From positions 43,338,001-43,402,000 of the forward strand of contig NC_043004.1 of assembly GCF_006345805.1 (NCBI RefSeq): a stretch of 64,000 bases of DNA. Direction: 5' to 3'. This DNA comes from Octopus sinensis (lineage: Eukaryota). Position 1 is the first letter of the stretch. Each line of letters begins with the position of its first letter. Position numbers and translations under genes: made by a program. The notes beneath the pieces were generated by a model. The model made no database searches. It saw nothing but the letters and a program-made list of their open reading frames with translations, and was not told the origin of the DNA. Shown here in pieces: positions 1-13,089 of the stretch.

Positions 1-29
1 GCATGTTGGAATAAACCATACAGGAGAAA

Positions 30-2225
30 TTCAAAGTAATAAATTTATCAAAGAAAACTCTCTCCGCAACAAAAGTCTCTATACTAGGTAAAGGATTAAA
101 ATCCATCCCAACCCCACGAAGATCTGACCATAATGAAATTAAAGACAATATTTCGGAATTCTGCAAAAAAAACCAAAAACACCCGCAGAAGCAGTAACTG
201 ATAAACAACGAGGATTAATCACTGAAGTAATTATCTTCCACTTAAATGTAGGAATAAAATATTACATGACTTCTGCGTCCATATCCGAAATTTACCAAAT
301 ACTTTCCATAATCTGAAAATCAATTGAAATCTTAACAGTGCAGAATGGAAAAATCTGATTAAACTACAAAATGACAAAGAATTGGCTGTACAAGAAGCAG
401 ACAAATGAAGTGCTGTAGTCCTGATGGACACAGAATACTACAAATGCCTAGTATTATCCATGATAAAAAACGACAACTTCTACGAAAAAGTTGTAAACTA
501 TAAACAACAAGACACAATGAAAAATCTGGTATCCCTAATACTTCTGTTTGGAAAAAGCCTGACAGAAAAATAAATAGATTACATCAAGTCTTTAAAGGTA
601 AACCTATCCTTTTTTTAAATTAAAATACAAGAGAGCAAGGTAGTTAATGAAACCTGCCAACAATCACCAGGCAAAGACATAAATATCTAAGCGCCAGACG
701 ACTTAAAGTTAAGATCCATTATAGCTGGCCCAGACTGTGGAACCCATTGCCGAACCAGTTTTCTAGACATCCTAATGAACCCCTTGCTCAAATACATCAA
801 ACCTTCCATTAGAGACGATTTAGACAAGCTAGAGCACCTACCAGAAACAACTACTGATGCGGCATTATTGGTTTCCTCTGATGTTATCATTCTTTACACC
901 AACATCCCACATGATTACGGAATAGAAGCAATACAATTCTGGTTGGAAAATTACTCCAAAGTACTTCGGGATCGCATGAACCTTGTCTTTATTATTGATT
1001 CTTTATAATTGATACTTCCTACTGAATGATACCCATTATCGTCGAATATGCGGAATTGCGATGGGAACGAAAGCAGTCCTTGTTCTTGCGAACATAGTAA
1101 TGGGTTATTTTGAATTCACTATATATGAAGTGTCACTGCAAAAATTTGGCTATCCATTTCACCATTATATAAGAGAGAACTGGAAAAGATACCTGGATGA
1201 ATGTTTTGCCATTTGAAAGGAGACCATTGATAAACTTTTGGAATTCAAATCAATACAAAATAAAATAAAAACCCTAACATTAAATTTACAGTGGAATATA
1301 GCAAACAACAGCTCCCTTTCCTGGATATTAGGATAAAAAAATATTCATAAACCAAATTATAACTGACATTTATCATAAACCAACTGACCCGTAGCAACAT
1401 CTCCTGTTTAGTTCATGCCACCCGAAACACATAGAAAGAAATATCCCTTTTAATTTAGCAAAAAGGATTTGCACAATAGTGTCTGATACAATTACTCAGT
1501 ACGTTCGTCATCTGGAACATAATATCCACCCTCACTTATAGGCGTTGGAATTAAGCGTGCTAAGCAATTAGACACTAAAACACTAAGGGTAACAAAACGT
1601 AACACTGCACCTCATCTCAAAACACTACTGTATATATCAACTCACAAACCTAAAAACAATAAGGTATGCAACTCTATTGTACAAAATTTACCTATGCTGA
1701 CTAGAGATCCAAAAATGAACAACATTCTGAAAATACATAACTTCATGAAAAGCACAGAAACAACACAAATCGCTAAAAGACTTCTAACAAATGCGAAGCT
1801 TTGCACTACCACGAAACCAACGGCTGAAAAATGTAGACGGCCAAACTGTGGATCATGCTGCAACCTACTGGATGGTCTGGAGTTCTTATTCAAACAAGGA
1901 GGGATGTTCACAATTAAAACCAATGTCACTTGTGTTTCCGAGAATCAAATTTATGTTATAACTTGCTCAGGTTTTGGACATAACTATACTGGACAGAGAA
2001 GTGTGACAGGAAGACGGAGAACCACATTACATAAAGAATCAATCCGATTCCTGTAATACTGACACATTACTTTGAGTGAACACATAGAGAGATGTGCAGG
2101 AAATATACGACAAAACTTCACAGTCTTTACCCATGTACCGGTGCAATTCAATTTCTATTCAAGTACGTTTAAATTATGAAAACTTGTTCATCGTAAGATA
2201 CAGATGTCTAAATATGAATGCATAA
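30..2225 (+). pseudogene. Penelope-like retroelement ORF (RT + GIY-YIG), multiple stops/frameshifts; 5' end lies outside the window
   Basis: By-eye translation gives KVINLSKKTLS..GKGLKSIPTP, QEADK*SAVV, LRSIIAGPDCGTH and LLVSSDVIILYTNIPH (ORF 775-1008). It also gives a GIAMGT-like motif, RYLDE and LPFLDI. ORF 1694-2056 has the linker CRRPNCGSC and the GIY-YIG-like TCVSENQIYVITC..YTGQ. Confidence 0.9.
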
Positions 2226-2500
2226 CAAACTTTGATCTCACTATATATTTTAAGTCATGATCACATACCCATCATTGTGCATGTATCCTCTGACTGCTTA
2301 AACTTTTGAGTTTTTGTATATATCTATGTATTCCCACATCGCCGAAAGATGAATAGTAACCTCTCCTGCCCCCAATAATAATGATGACCAATTACTTCCC
2401 CTTAGATTTTTCTACTTGTTGAATAATTCATTCATAAACTACTGCACACACAATATAGAGTAATTTCTTCATAAGAAAAATAGGAAATCACAATAATTTC

Positions 2501-2537
2501 AATGTTATGATAAGCGAAAGTGAAACCGGTTGACAGT
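2501..2537 (+). ncRNA. Degenerate short-stem-III hammerhead-like motif at PLE 3' end
   Basis: TGTT-ATGATAA-GCGAAAGT-GAAACCGGTT-GACA. The core differs from CTGANGA at 2 positions and stem III is the palindrome ACCGGT. It lies just before the terminal (TA)n. Confidence 0.4.
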
Positions 2538-2554
2538 TAGATAGATACAGATAT

Positions 2555-2555
2555 G

Positions 2556-2635
<80 letters not shown>

Positions 2636-2870
2636 TATGTATGCATATATATATATATATATAAATATATATTATATATATATATATATCAATATATATG
2701 TATATATATATAAATATATAGAGAGATAGATATATAGATAGTTATACATATAAAACTTATATATATATATAACACACGCATTAATATATAATTGTATATG
2801 CATGCACATGTACACACATACCTATGTATGTATGTATGTATCTATCTATATATATATATATATATATATA
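2555..2870. repeat. (TA)n-dominated compound microsatellite
   Basis: Directly visible. Similar arrays recur roughly every 1-3 kb across the window. Confidence 0.95.
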
Positions 2871-4565
2871 GGTAAATAAATATACCATGTTTATCATATT
2901 ATCATATATATGAACCTCCATCACATTGTACAAATACATGTCAGATTTCATTCAATTTTACATTGAAAGCAGTTAATATTCCTGTTACATATAATGACTT
3001 CGATAAGAACTATCAAACATGCAACTTGTTTTTATCATTTCCCTCAACATTCTCGCGCCTGTTCCTCTCATTGCAATATATAAAATGGAAAGCGTTACAC
3101 AGTAAAAAGACAATGATGCTGTTTGTTGTTTGCTAATGGGTTAGCCCTATTTACGCTATGATTCGGAGTGTGGCTGACAGTCATTTTGCTTTCCTTCAAC
3201 TACAAATCAATATAGTAGGATATATGCTCACCCTATTTCAGTCTTTCTTTAAAAAAAATATAAACCTGTATTTACTCCTTCATTGCTATGCGATGAAAAG
3301 TGATCAGTATTCTTCATTCTCAGTTCATACAGTAGGATTAGAGCCTGTGCTCTGGAACAATATTATGCTCCAGTTTAAATCGTTGGCAACATTCTTTATT
3401 TGAAATCCTGCTGAATCAAATAACATACCCTTTGGCGAGTGAGGCTGATAAAATATTCATCAAATAATTATTGTTTGACGCATTTTGCAAAGTCCGTAAA
3501 AGAAGAAGCATAAAAATAATTAGTCGAAATATCAGCCAATAATTCAGGGAAGTGTTTTGGAAATGTTTTTATTAAAAAATCCCCATTTACATGCAGATTA
3601 TTGTTCCCGCAAATGCTGTCAAATATTTCTCTAGCAAAACTATAAAAAAAAATATATAAAATCAAATTATTTTAAATGGAAATTAATTTATTGTTTTATA
3701 TATTCAGACGTAAGTTATTTAGATATTTTATCATTCATCATATTTGTAAATATCATTATTAAATCTAGTATGTATATTTGATATCAATTTCAGTGGTGTT
3801 TATCCAAATTATTTTTATAAACTGCTAACTTCATTGAATAGAATCATGACAAATGAATATTGAACTGTCAAGCATTCAATAAAATTTCATCACACATTTT
3901 AAGTAAATTCTGCATGACAAAAATTCTCTTTCTTTCTTATTTGTTCGTTTTACAATTCGTAATCCTTTTGATTTTTTTAAAAATATGGAACAAAAGTCTC
4001 ATGAATCTAATCAGAAATTTAACTTATTGTATCAAAAATATAAAAGCCTTAGATTTTTAAGGATGATAATGCTTTATGTATTGCTAAAGATAAGTGCTAC
4101 TGGCAATGTCTTAGAGTGTATACAGCTATGTAAATAAGGAATTATATGTGGTAATTCAAGGAGGAAACAAATCTAAGTGGCAACCAATTGCATAGGAGAG
4201 ATTCGTTTCGAAATATTCCAACTAAGTCGTCATCCACATGCCTGACACCAAATAACATATACTGAATAACAGAATGATACGTAGCATGGAAGAAAAATAT
4301 ATAATGGTTTCAAGTGAGAGAGAAGTTGTACTGATTAATTCTCTATATAATTTATTCCGAATGTTTAAATGTAGGACATGGTTAATTACTGAAAAAAAAA
4401 AAGAATGCTCATGGTTGAACAGACGTAAAAATATTAATGCATATAAAGTGATGCATTTAAGGGTGTTTAATGCACTTCGGTCAAAGTTTCCTTTTATATT
4501 TTAGGTTATTTGATATAGAGAACTCGGTAAAAATGAAATTTATTAGCAGTTCGTTAGAATATTCT

Positions 4566-4945
4566 GGATCTTTACGGTTTGAACGGCAGTTTTTAACATA
4601 ATTTCTAGGTAACTAAAAAAGTTTTAACTTCGTATACTGGTAGAATGAGTTTATAAAACATATTTTTCTCCTGGCTTTATTGAGAAAATTCTATACTTTG
4701 TAAGATATTTGTTGTTTTTTTTTCTTCAATTTCTGCAATTTCAACCAATCAGTGACGTCTTTTGAGTTAAAAAGCACTCTGTGCCGTATGAATATGTCCC
4801 TCATTAACCCTAACTAACCTTAACCCTAACTAACCCTAACCCTAAAAGAGATTGAAATGCAATAGATCGATTCTAGGGTTATAATTATGGGTGACAATTT
4901 CATATGACACCGCTAGAAAAACTGCCGTTCAAACAAAAAATATTC
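4566..4945. mobile_element. MITE-like element with 18-bp inverted repeats and internal telomere-like (TAACCC)n
   Basis: GTTTGAACGGCAGTTTTT (4577-4594) is the reverse complement of AAAAACTGCCGTTCAAAC (4917-4934). Degenerate TAACCC repeats at 4805-4845. Confidence 0.7.
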
Positions 4946-5556
4946 AATATTCTGAGTGTTACTGATGTAAGCGGAAATGGGGAAACACTATTCCATTTTC
5001 TCATTGGCAGGTGTGTATGGAAAAAAAATGAAATCTAAATTGTGTTTTGAACGTTGCGGGTGAAAGTTATAATGTAGTTCGAACGCTCTTTTAAAAAACC
5101 CATAGAAAACCATAGGGAAAAGTGTATCTAGAGGTGATGTGACCGGTAACATACTACGTTGCACCACATAAAAGTTTACTCATCTTCATCGAAACATTTC
5201 TATTAAGAATAATATAAGAGATCTGAGACATTGAAAAGGGAACCCATTTCCATTCAGCACTATTGGCAGTTTATTATCACGTGATACCGTCGTCATGTGT
5301 TAGATATTTGCTTCAATACTGGAGTTGCCAACTTAATACTCATAATGTTTGAATTGGAATGCACACATGTCATATACGTTAACATATAATCAGAATAATA
5401 GTCAGGGATTAATTTTACTTGTCGATGTTCAATAAAATAAGTATGTGCATGAAAAACTATTATCCAAATAGAAATTCAAACCACGAAACAGTAAAGATTC
5501 CATATATCAAATATTGCAATAATATAAGAGCATATATATATATACATATATATATA

Positions 5557-6635
5557 CTGTTGCGGCCAAAATATTCAGAACGGCATTGTTTTCGCCAGAA
5601 AAGTAGATATAAGTTTTTATCAAAGTTGTTCTATATATATATAGAATGCCTTTCATCCTTTCGGGGTCGATAAATTAAGTACCAGTTACGCACTGGGGTT
5701 GATGTAATCGACTTAATCCGTTTGTCTGTCCTTGTTTGTCCCCTCTGTGTTTAGCCCCTGGTGGGTAGTAAATAAATATATATATATATATAGAACGTAT
5801 TATATATATATATATATTAATATTATATAGAGGGCATTATTACACATAAATGCCACACGCTAGGAGGGACTTTTCACAGACAATGACTACAATATTAATC
5901 GTTATTGTCTGAGATTTTGGTGTAATTTGAGAGGATAATACAAAATTTATGGATGATTTAGTGATTTATTGCAAAACCCATGGCGTCCAAAAATGATCAG
6001 AACGGTTGAAAAAATAACAAAATAATAAAAAATGACAGAGAATACTGGAATTATTTAATATTTAGTGTGAAGCCCTTTAGCTTCAATCACACGTTGACAT
6101 CTTCAACTGCATGAGGAAACTAAATTTTCAATTTCTTGCTAGGTGATCTTATTCCATTCATCGAAGACCTTAAGAATACCGTGAACAACACTTTTTGACT
6201 TCTTAACAATCTTTGCAATAGACCTAATACTTAAATTATCCTTCTTTCGAAGCTTAATAATCTGCTGACGAATTTTTAACGGAGTAAGTGGCATTATATT
6301 AACAAAGTACACTGCAGATATTCTTACTAATGTTTAGTAAACCAACCGTCACGTAAACAAATTCAAAACATTAGAGTTCGCCAGTTACATATACTAAAAC
6401 ATGGAGTAAAAGCAAACGTTCTGATCATTTTGGCCGCCATTGGTTTTACAGTATTTTCCCTAAAACATCCATAACTTTTGTATTATCCTCTCAAATTACA
6501 CCAAAATCTCTGACGGTAACAATTAATATCGTAGTTATTGTCTGAAAATGATAGAATATAAAAGAAATTTGATAAAAACTTATATCTACTTTTCTGGCGA
6601 AAACAATGCCGTTCTGAACATTTTGGCCGCAACTG
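5557..6635. mobile_element. Non-autonomous Tc1/mariner element with long IR/DR-type TIRs and TA flanks; left TIR interrupted by a SINE fragment and (TA)n
   Basis: TA|CTGTTGCGGCCAAAA ... TTTTGGCCGCAACTG|TA. The right TIR (6417-6635) matches 5557-5630 plus 5876-6003 in reverse complement. Direct repeats GTTCTGA(A/T)CATTTTGGCCGC sit at both ends of the right TIR. Confidence 0.8.
5648..5777 (+). mobile_element. SINE family B, 3' fragment
   Basis: GCCTTTCATCCTTTCGGGGTCGATAAATTAAGTACCAG core, shared with the copies at 26.8 kb and 52.9-53.5 kb. Confidence 0.75.
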
Positions 6636-6664
6636 TATCTATATATATATATAATATATATATA

Positions 6665-6726
<62 letters not shown>

Positions 6727-6846
6727 GTATATATATAAACATACACAAATGTGCCCGAGGTCAGGTGTGCCCCGTTTTTCAAGCCCTCACAGGATGATAT
6801 TCAATATTAGTTATAGATAGAAATACGTCGTCAAATACGCTGTCAT

Positions 6847-7039
6847 AACTCACGGACGGTGATTCGACGATTTGCCCTCACAGCTGCACACACAAATGCG
6901 ATGTTTTTCTCAGTTCTACTGGTTGCAGGTCTCCCGGAACTTTAGTCCCAATCGACATTTTATCGGCTCATACAATCACTTTCTGCAATGTTTCGTAGGC
7001 CTTTGAGCTAGAATCTCCAAGATTTTGGCAAAATTTGAT
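6847..7039 (-). pseudogene. Mariner transposase N-terminal (HTH) remnant
   Basis: Minus-strand translation with frameshifts: IKFCQNLGDSSSKAYETLQKV ... RPATSRTEKNIAFVCAAVRANRRITVREL, which resembles mariner HTH domains. Confidence 0.7.
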
Positions 7040-7144
7040 CAGGATTCATGAATAATACGACGATGGTACGCTGCACACGTTCTTTTCAATCATTGTTGTA
7101 AACAGCTTAAATGAGCTAGAACGTAATGTCTTGGTGCGAATGAA

Positions 7145-7373
7145 TTCTCTTTTACTCTTTACTGTTTTACTTGTTTCAGTCATTTGACTGCGGCCATGCT
7201 GGAGCACCGCCTTTAGTCGAGCAAATCGACCGCGGGACATATTCTCTGTAAGCCCAGTACTTATTCTATTGGTCTCTTTTGCCGAACCGCTAAGTTACGC
7301 GGACGCAAACACACCAGCATCGTTATCAAAGAATGCTATAGGGACAAATACAGACACACAAACATATACACAC

Positions 7374-7418
<45 letters not shown>

Positions 7419-7583
7419 AACGACAGGCTTCTTTCAGTTTCTGTCTACCAAATCCACTCACAAGGCTTTGGTCGGCCCGAGGCTATAGCAGAAGACACTT
7501 GCCCAAGGTGACAGACAGTGGGACTGAACCCGGAACCATGTGGTTGCTTAGCAAGCTACTTACCACACAGCCACTCGTGCGCC
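7145..7583 (-). mobile_element. tRNA-derived SINE family A (octopus-type), near full length
   Basis: Head GGCGCACGAGTGGCTGTGTGGTAAGTAGCTTGC with A-box-like and B-box-like (GGTTCAGTCCC) motifs, internal microsatellite and AAAGA-type tail. Colinear with 43894-44332. Confidence 0.9.
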
Positions 7584-7690
7584 TATACCAAACTTTAAGA
7601 TGAAACCGTGCCAAGTGGATTTAGCGTCGTTATTATGCCAACCGTTCGGATACTTATTTATCTGCCCATACATATATGTGCGTGTGTATT

Positions 7691-7725
<35 letters not shown>

Positions 7726-8094
7726 AAAGTAAGAAGAAAAATAAGCGAAAATGCACATTGGAAATTTAAAAAATGTAAAGGCTTTTTATGAAAAGTTACG
7801 ATAGATATATATAACTAGATGAACTGAGGTAGTAATAAAAATCATTATTGTGAATTGTTAAAGAGATTCAAAGGCATGCATGCTCACTGCTTTGTATACA
7901 CACCGTTTATCAAACGGTATCGGGTCTACTAGTCCCTGAGTCAATAGATTGTGTCAGGGAGTAAGTAGTTCTGGATTTGGTGCAATTAGGGTAGATATAG
8001 ATGTGTAATGTGAATGGTGTATTAATTGAAATGTTAGTAGTGTTCTGTATTAAGTTACGTTTTCATATTGAGTTGTGGAAGATATTTATTGATG

Positions 8095-8545
8095 AAGACA
8101 ATAGATGTAGGAACCCTGTTGGTATCATTCGATGTGGTGAATTTGTACCCCAATATCTCACCCAATTATGGTATAGAAGCAACCACCTTCTGGCTCGAAA
8201 AATACCCAGAAGAGATCCCAAGACGCATCAACCACATATTCATAATCGCAGCACTGAACAACTATTTTATGTTCGATAGAGCTTACTATCGACAAAAATA
8301 GGGAATTGCAAAGGAAACTCGTGCTCCTCCAGCGATTGCGGACCTTGTAATCGGTTACCTAGAACTTAAAATATAATAACCATCACTATAAAAGTATGGC
8401 ACCTCAATTCATTGCTATTTAAAAGAGAACTGGAAGAAGTATTTGGACGATTCCTTTATACTTTGGAAACACAGCATGGACAAACTCCTCGATCTCAAAA
8501 TAATGCTTAATATTAATATTAATACACAATTCACCATGGAGCAAT
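8095..8545 (+). pseudogene. PLE reverse transcriptase fragment
   Basis: LLVSFDVVNLYPNISPNYGIEATTFWLEKYP, YYRQK*GIAKGT, NWKKYLDDSFILWKHS, TQFTMEQ. Confidence 0.85.
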
Positions 8546-8571
8546 TTTTCTTTTCCTTTTACTTCATTTCC

Positions 8572-8604
<33 letters not shown>

Positions 8605-8615
8605 ATATATATATA

Positions 8616-9066
8616 TCAAAGCCGGCAGGAAGCGTCGACGCTTCCCAGGGCTATATAGCGACGGTGAAATTCCCTCTACGGGACTGTCACGTTATGTTGA
8701 CTTTATACAACGACTCTATCGCTCCACCACCGCTTATGTCTCGTGGAGACGTTTAGGAATTCAATATTTCTAATTATGGTGACCAGTGAATAAATTTCAC
8801 TGTAACTAGATATATTTGCAAAGGATTGGTAGGTATCACCGCTAGCGGGGACACACTAACCTGGACTGACGACAGGCAAGACCCGGAAACATGCATGTCT
8901 CCAGGTTGCTAGTTCTAGCTGATGGGGGTGCTTGCCTCTCCTTTGCAAATATAAGGACACAGGAAATGTGTCAAAGCCGACAGGAAGCGTCGATGTTTCC
9001 CAGGGCTATATAGCGATGGTGTAATTCCCTCTACGGGACTGTCACGTTATGTTGACTTTATACAAC
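8616..9066 (+). mobile_element. Retrozyme-like element: 355-nt unit with 96-nt terminal redundancy and an internal hammerhead ribozyme
   Basis: 8616-8711 is repeated at 8971-9066 with 5 substitutions. Flanked by (TA)n and (CT)n(TA)n. Extensive internal complementarity and no ORF. Confidence 0.75.
8858..8907 (+). ncRNA. Type I hammerhead ribozyme, canonical core
   Basis: Stem I AACCTGGA/TCCAGGTT (8 bp), core CTGACGA, stem II CAGG-CAAGA-CCCG (one mismatch), GAAA, stem III ACATGCATGT (palindromic), triplet GTC. Predicted cleavage after 8899. Confidence 0.9.
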
Positions 9067-9090
9067 CTCTCTCTCTCTCTCTCTCTCTCT

Positions 9091-9162
<72 letters not shown>

Positions 9163-9165
9163 TAA

Positions 9166-9247
<82 letters not shown>

Positions 9248-9912
9248 GGAAATGAAGTAAAAGGAAAAGAAAATTTTGTAAGTATAGACGAACTTTAATT
9301 CAATTTCGTAGCCCAGACGTTAACGAACAAATAAAAAAAGGTCTCTGTATAATTTTGTTGGTCGTAATTATTCATACGAGTATGTAATTCCTGACGAGTA
9401 ATCTAATTTTCATTTCATGAAGAGTTTTTCGTTTTGTCTTTAGAATTAATTAGTCTCTGAAACAATTTGTAGAATGTATATTAGTTGTGCACAAATTTGG
9501 AATATGAATTGAATTAAAGTTCGTGTACATTTACCATTTTCAATTTCCTTATAATTATTTTACTGTTTTTTGCTATTTCATATTGTTGGCATCCTTCTTA
9601 TCTTGGGAGGCAATGGAGTCTAATCCGGCTTTTACATTTCATGTCCTAATGTCCTAATACATCTCCTGTCATTATATAAAACCCCGTAAAGGTAGGCACA
9701 AGCCAACAATGTTTGATGTAAATAGCAGTCGATAACAGATCGACGCTAGGTAAAGTATTATTTTCCAACGAAATAACGCACAGTAAGGATAGAATTATGA
9801 ATAGGAAATAGTGGCACAGCAAGGTAAAAATGTTTGCTGGAAATAGTAGTCGATAGTCGCTTAGGCTTAGCTAAAGCTTCACTGAATATATAGGAATATA
9901 TAGAGGGGAAGG

Positions 9913-9984
<72 letters not shown>

Positions 9985-10940
9985 ATATGTGTGTGTATGT
10001 GTGTGTGTGCGTATGTGTGTGTGCGTATGTTTGTGTATGTGTTTGTATATATATTCACACATACATTTTACAGACTTCTTTCAGTTTCCGTCTTTCACAT
10101 TTCCTCACCAGTCTTCCCTCCTCTCAAGACTATAAGAGAAGAGACATGTCTAATGTGCTGCAAAGAAGGACAGGAGAAGGAACCATATAGTCCTCACCTC
10201 CTTTATATATTTATTTATAAATTATAAATATAATCACAATACAGTGGCATTATATTCCAGTGAAATAAAACACCGTAAATGTAGAATTATATATAGATCC
10301 AATCCAATTGGGATTATAGCCGATCTCCTGAAAAGCGCCTAACATACTGTCTACCATATGAACCTACTAAATTGAATTTGCTTTCATCGCTAAAATGAAC
10401 TTGTGATAAATTTTTATCCCTCCAGTTCTGATGAGCGTCCGCAACGAAAGCTTTCCTATTTGTTCTTCTTTCTCACGGGAGGTTTCATTGCCCATGAGCT
10501 TAAGAACACATGCAACTACACTCTTTGATCTCCTTATGTCTCATGAGATAACCGAGAGTCATTCCTAAGACTTTCATCCTCACACTTTCTTTTCGGAATA
10601 TGGGAGTAATTTCAGCGTCGTGTGCCATGTTCAGAAGCTAGCACAATACTGAGACGGTAGTAACATTAAGTCTATAAATGTAAACAATGTTTGCAATTTT
10701 CAGAAATTTCTGAATGAATGTAATCGTTCTCATATTGTGCACATGAGACATTTGGAGGAAGCTAATGTTCATGGTATAACCTTTTGCTAAAACTATCGTA
10801 CAAACTTGGATTTTTCTCAGAATTTAGCTAATGGTTAACCGTATTTGCGAAATTAATTACGAATTTGTACGATCACTAGCATTTCAGACATTAAAAAAGA
10901 TTAATCATTCTCCTTTTAGGCTGACTACTCTATATATAAT

Positions 10941-11285
10941 CTTTTACTTTCTACTCGTTTCACTCATTTTGATTGTGGCCATGCTGGATCGCCGTCATTT
11001 AGTCGAATAAATTGACCGTCAGATTTACACTTTGCAAGCCTTTTTCCATCAGTCTCTTTGCCGAATCACTAAGCTACGGGGACATAGTGACACCAACATC
11101 AGATGTCAAGCGATCGTGGAGGGACCAACTTAAATGTATCTATATAGATAAGACTTGCTTCACTTTTTGTCAACCTAGTCTACTCACAAGGGGTAGATCG
11201 GCCAGTGGCTATAGAAGACACTCCTCAAGTATCCACCCTGCGAAAATGAATCCGAAGTCATGCAGGCTTCTTACCACACAGTCAC
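10941..11285 (-). mobile_element. SINE family A, diverged copy
   Basis: Colinear with 7145-7583 (GGCCATGCTGGA, TTTAGTCGA, GCCGAA..CTAAG, GCTATAGAAGACAC, TTACCACACAG). Confidence 0.75.
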
Positions 11286-11373
11286 ATCATATATATATAT
11301 ATTATATATATATATATATATATACATACATATATATATATATATGTATGTATGTATATGTATATATGTATAC

Positions 11374-11406
<33 letters not shown>

Positions 11407-11411
11407 TATAT

Positions 11412-11467
<56 letters not shown>

Positions 11468-12873
11468 GTGTGTGTGTGGTGAGTGTGTGTAAGTGTAAGG
11501 AGGAGAAGAAAAGTAGGGAGGGATAAAATGAGGACAGGACATATCTATCAGTAGTGTAACCTGTGTATCCATATGTAAATAAATAGATATGTATATTACA
11601 CACACACACATACATATATATATATACACATATATACATATAAACTTACACATATATACATATATACATATAAACATACAAACATATATTACACACATAT
11701 ATATACATACATACACGCGCATATATATATTCTTATATATGTATTTATGCAAGCAAACCCTTTTACAGACATACTACAGTCTTACACATACACAAAGAAA
11801 CTCGCACATATATATTGAATGCATACTCTTAATCATATTGCTAAATATCTATATGTACAAAATAGTAGCCTGTCGTTGAGTTAATAAATACATTTGTGTT
11901 ATTCCCTTGCTGTGTTGTTGAAGGGAAAATAGAACATTCACATAATCCATCTAATCTAATACTTGATATAGCCCTAAATGTGACCTCTGTGAGATCGATT
12001 CTATTTCGACGCTTTGCATTTCTCAGATCAATGTAACACGGAAAGGAATATGAGAAAATATATCGTGTCTATAAATATGCGTACGATACACATTTTAGGT
12101 GGTTTGTAGAAATGAATAACCGAAAAATATTTCTGCTTGGGAAAGTTCTATGCAGAGACGGATTCTTACTATATGGACAAACCGAAATTCACAAGCAATG
12201 AGAATGCAAATAAGCAATAAAAATAGATTTTTCCCATCCAATACATTATTCTTTGTTGAGTTATTTATTCAGCCAAAAAATATATGAACATTAGGAAAAA
12301 AGAAATCAATGTTTTGATGAATCGCTAAACATTAAGATATGCAATGATAATAATAAGAGCAATAATAAAAACAACAAAAAAATGAATATGTGAATGGTAG
12401 TGATATTATATCTATTCGATATTCATTTCAAGCATTAAATATTAATTATTTGTCAGGAGACCAGTGATCCTATTAACTTGAACAATATGAAACTGAGAAA
12501 GCTGACTACAATAGCTTGAAGATGGGAAAAAGGGGAAAGGAATAAAACATATAAATAGGAAACAAAACAAAAAAAGTAGGGAATGGATTTATTCAGAGCA
12601 TTAAAAGGCCAGTGGAGGAAATAACGTATAGCGAAAAAGTGAAATTAATTGAGAAATAGTGGCGACCAGATGTAATTAATAAAACAACAAGTCAAATGTT
12701 TGAGGCTAAAGAGATATGTAAAATATGGAAGACAAAGGAAGTGATGGGGGGGGATAGGAAAACTGAATGCTCTTAAAAGGAATGAAAATAAAACATTAAA
12801 TCAGTGTCAATAACAGTGAAGGAAAAGAAACTTAAATGAAATACAGATTGAAGTATAATACGCAAACATAATA

Positions 12874-13067
<194 letters not shown>

Positions 13068-13089
13068 AAGATAGATAGATAGATAGATA

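Noticed and set aside
7870-8094. Possible inverted 5' arm of the 8.1 kb PLE fragment
   Set aside because: Composition is suggestive, but I could not align it to PLE motifs in a consistent order.
10422-10456. CTGATGAGCGTCCGCAACGAAAGCTT hammerhead-like string
   Set aside because: No stem I pairing between the flanks and a poor stem II.
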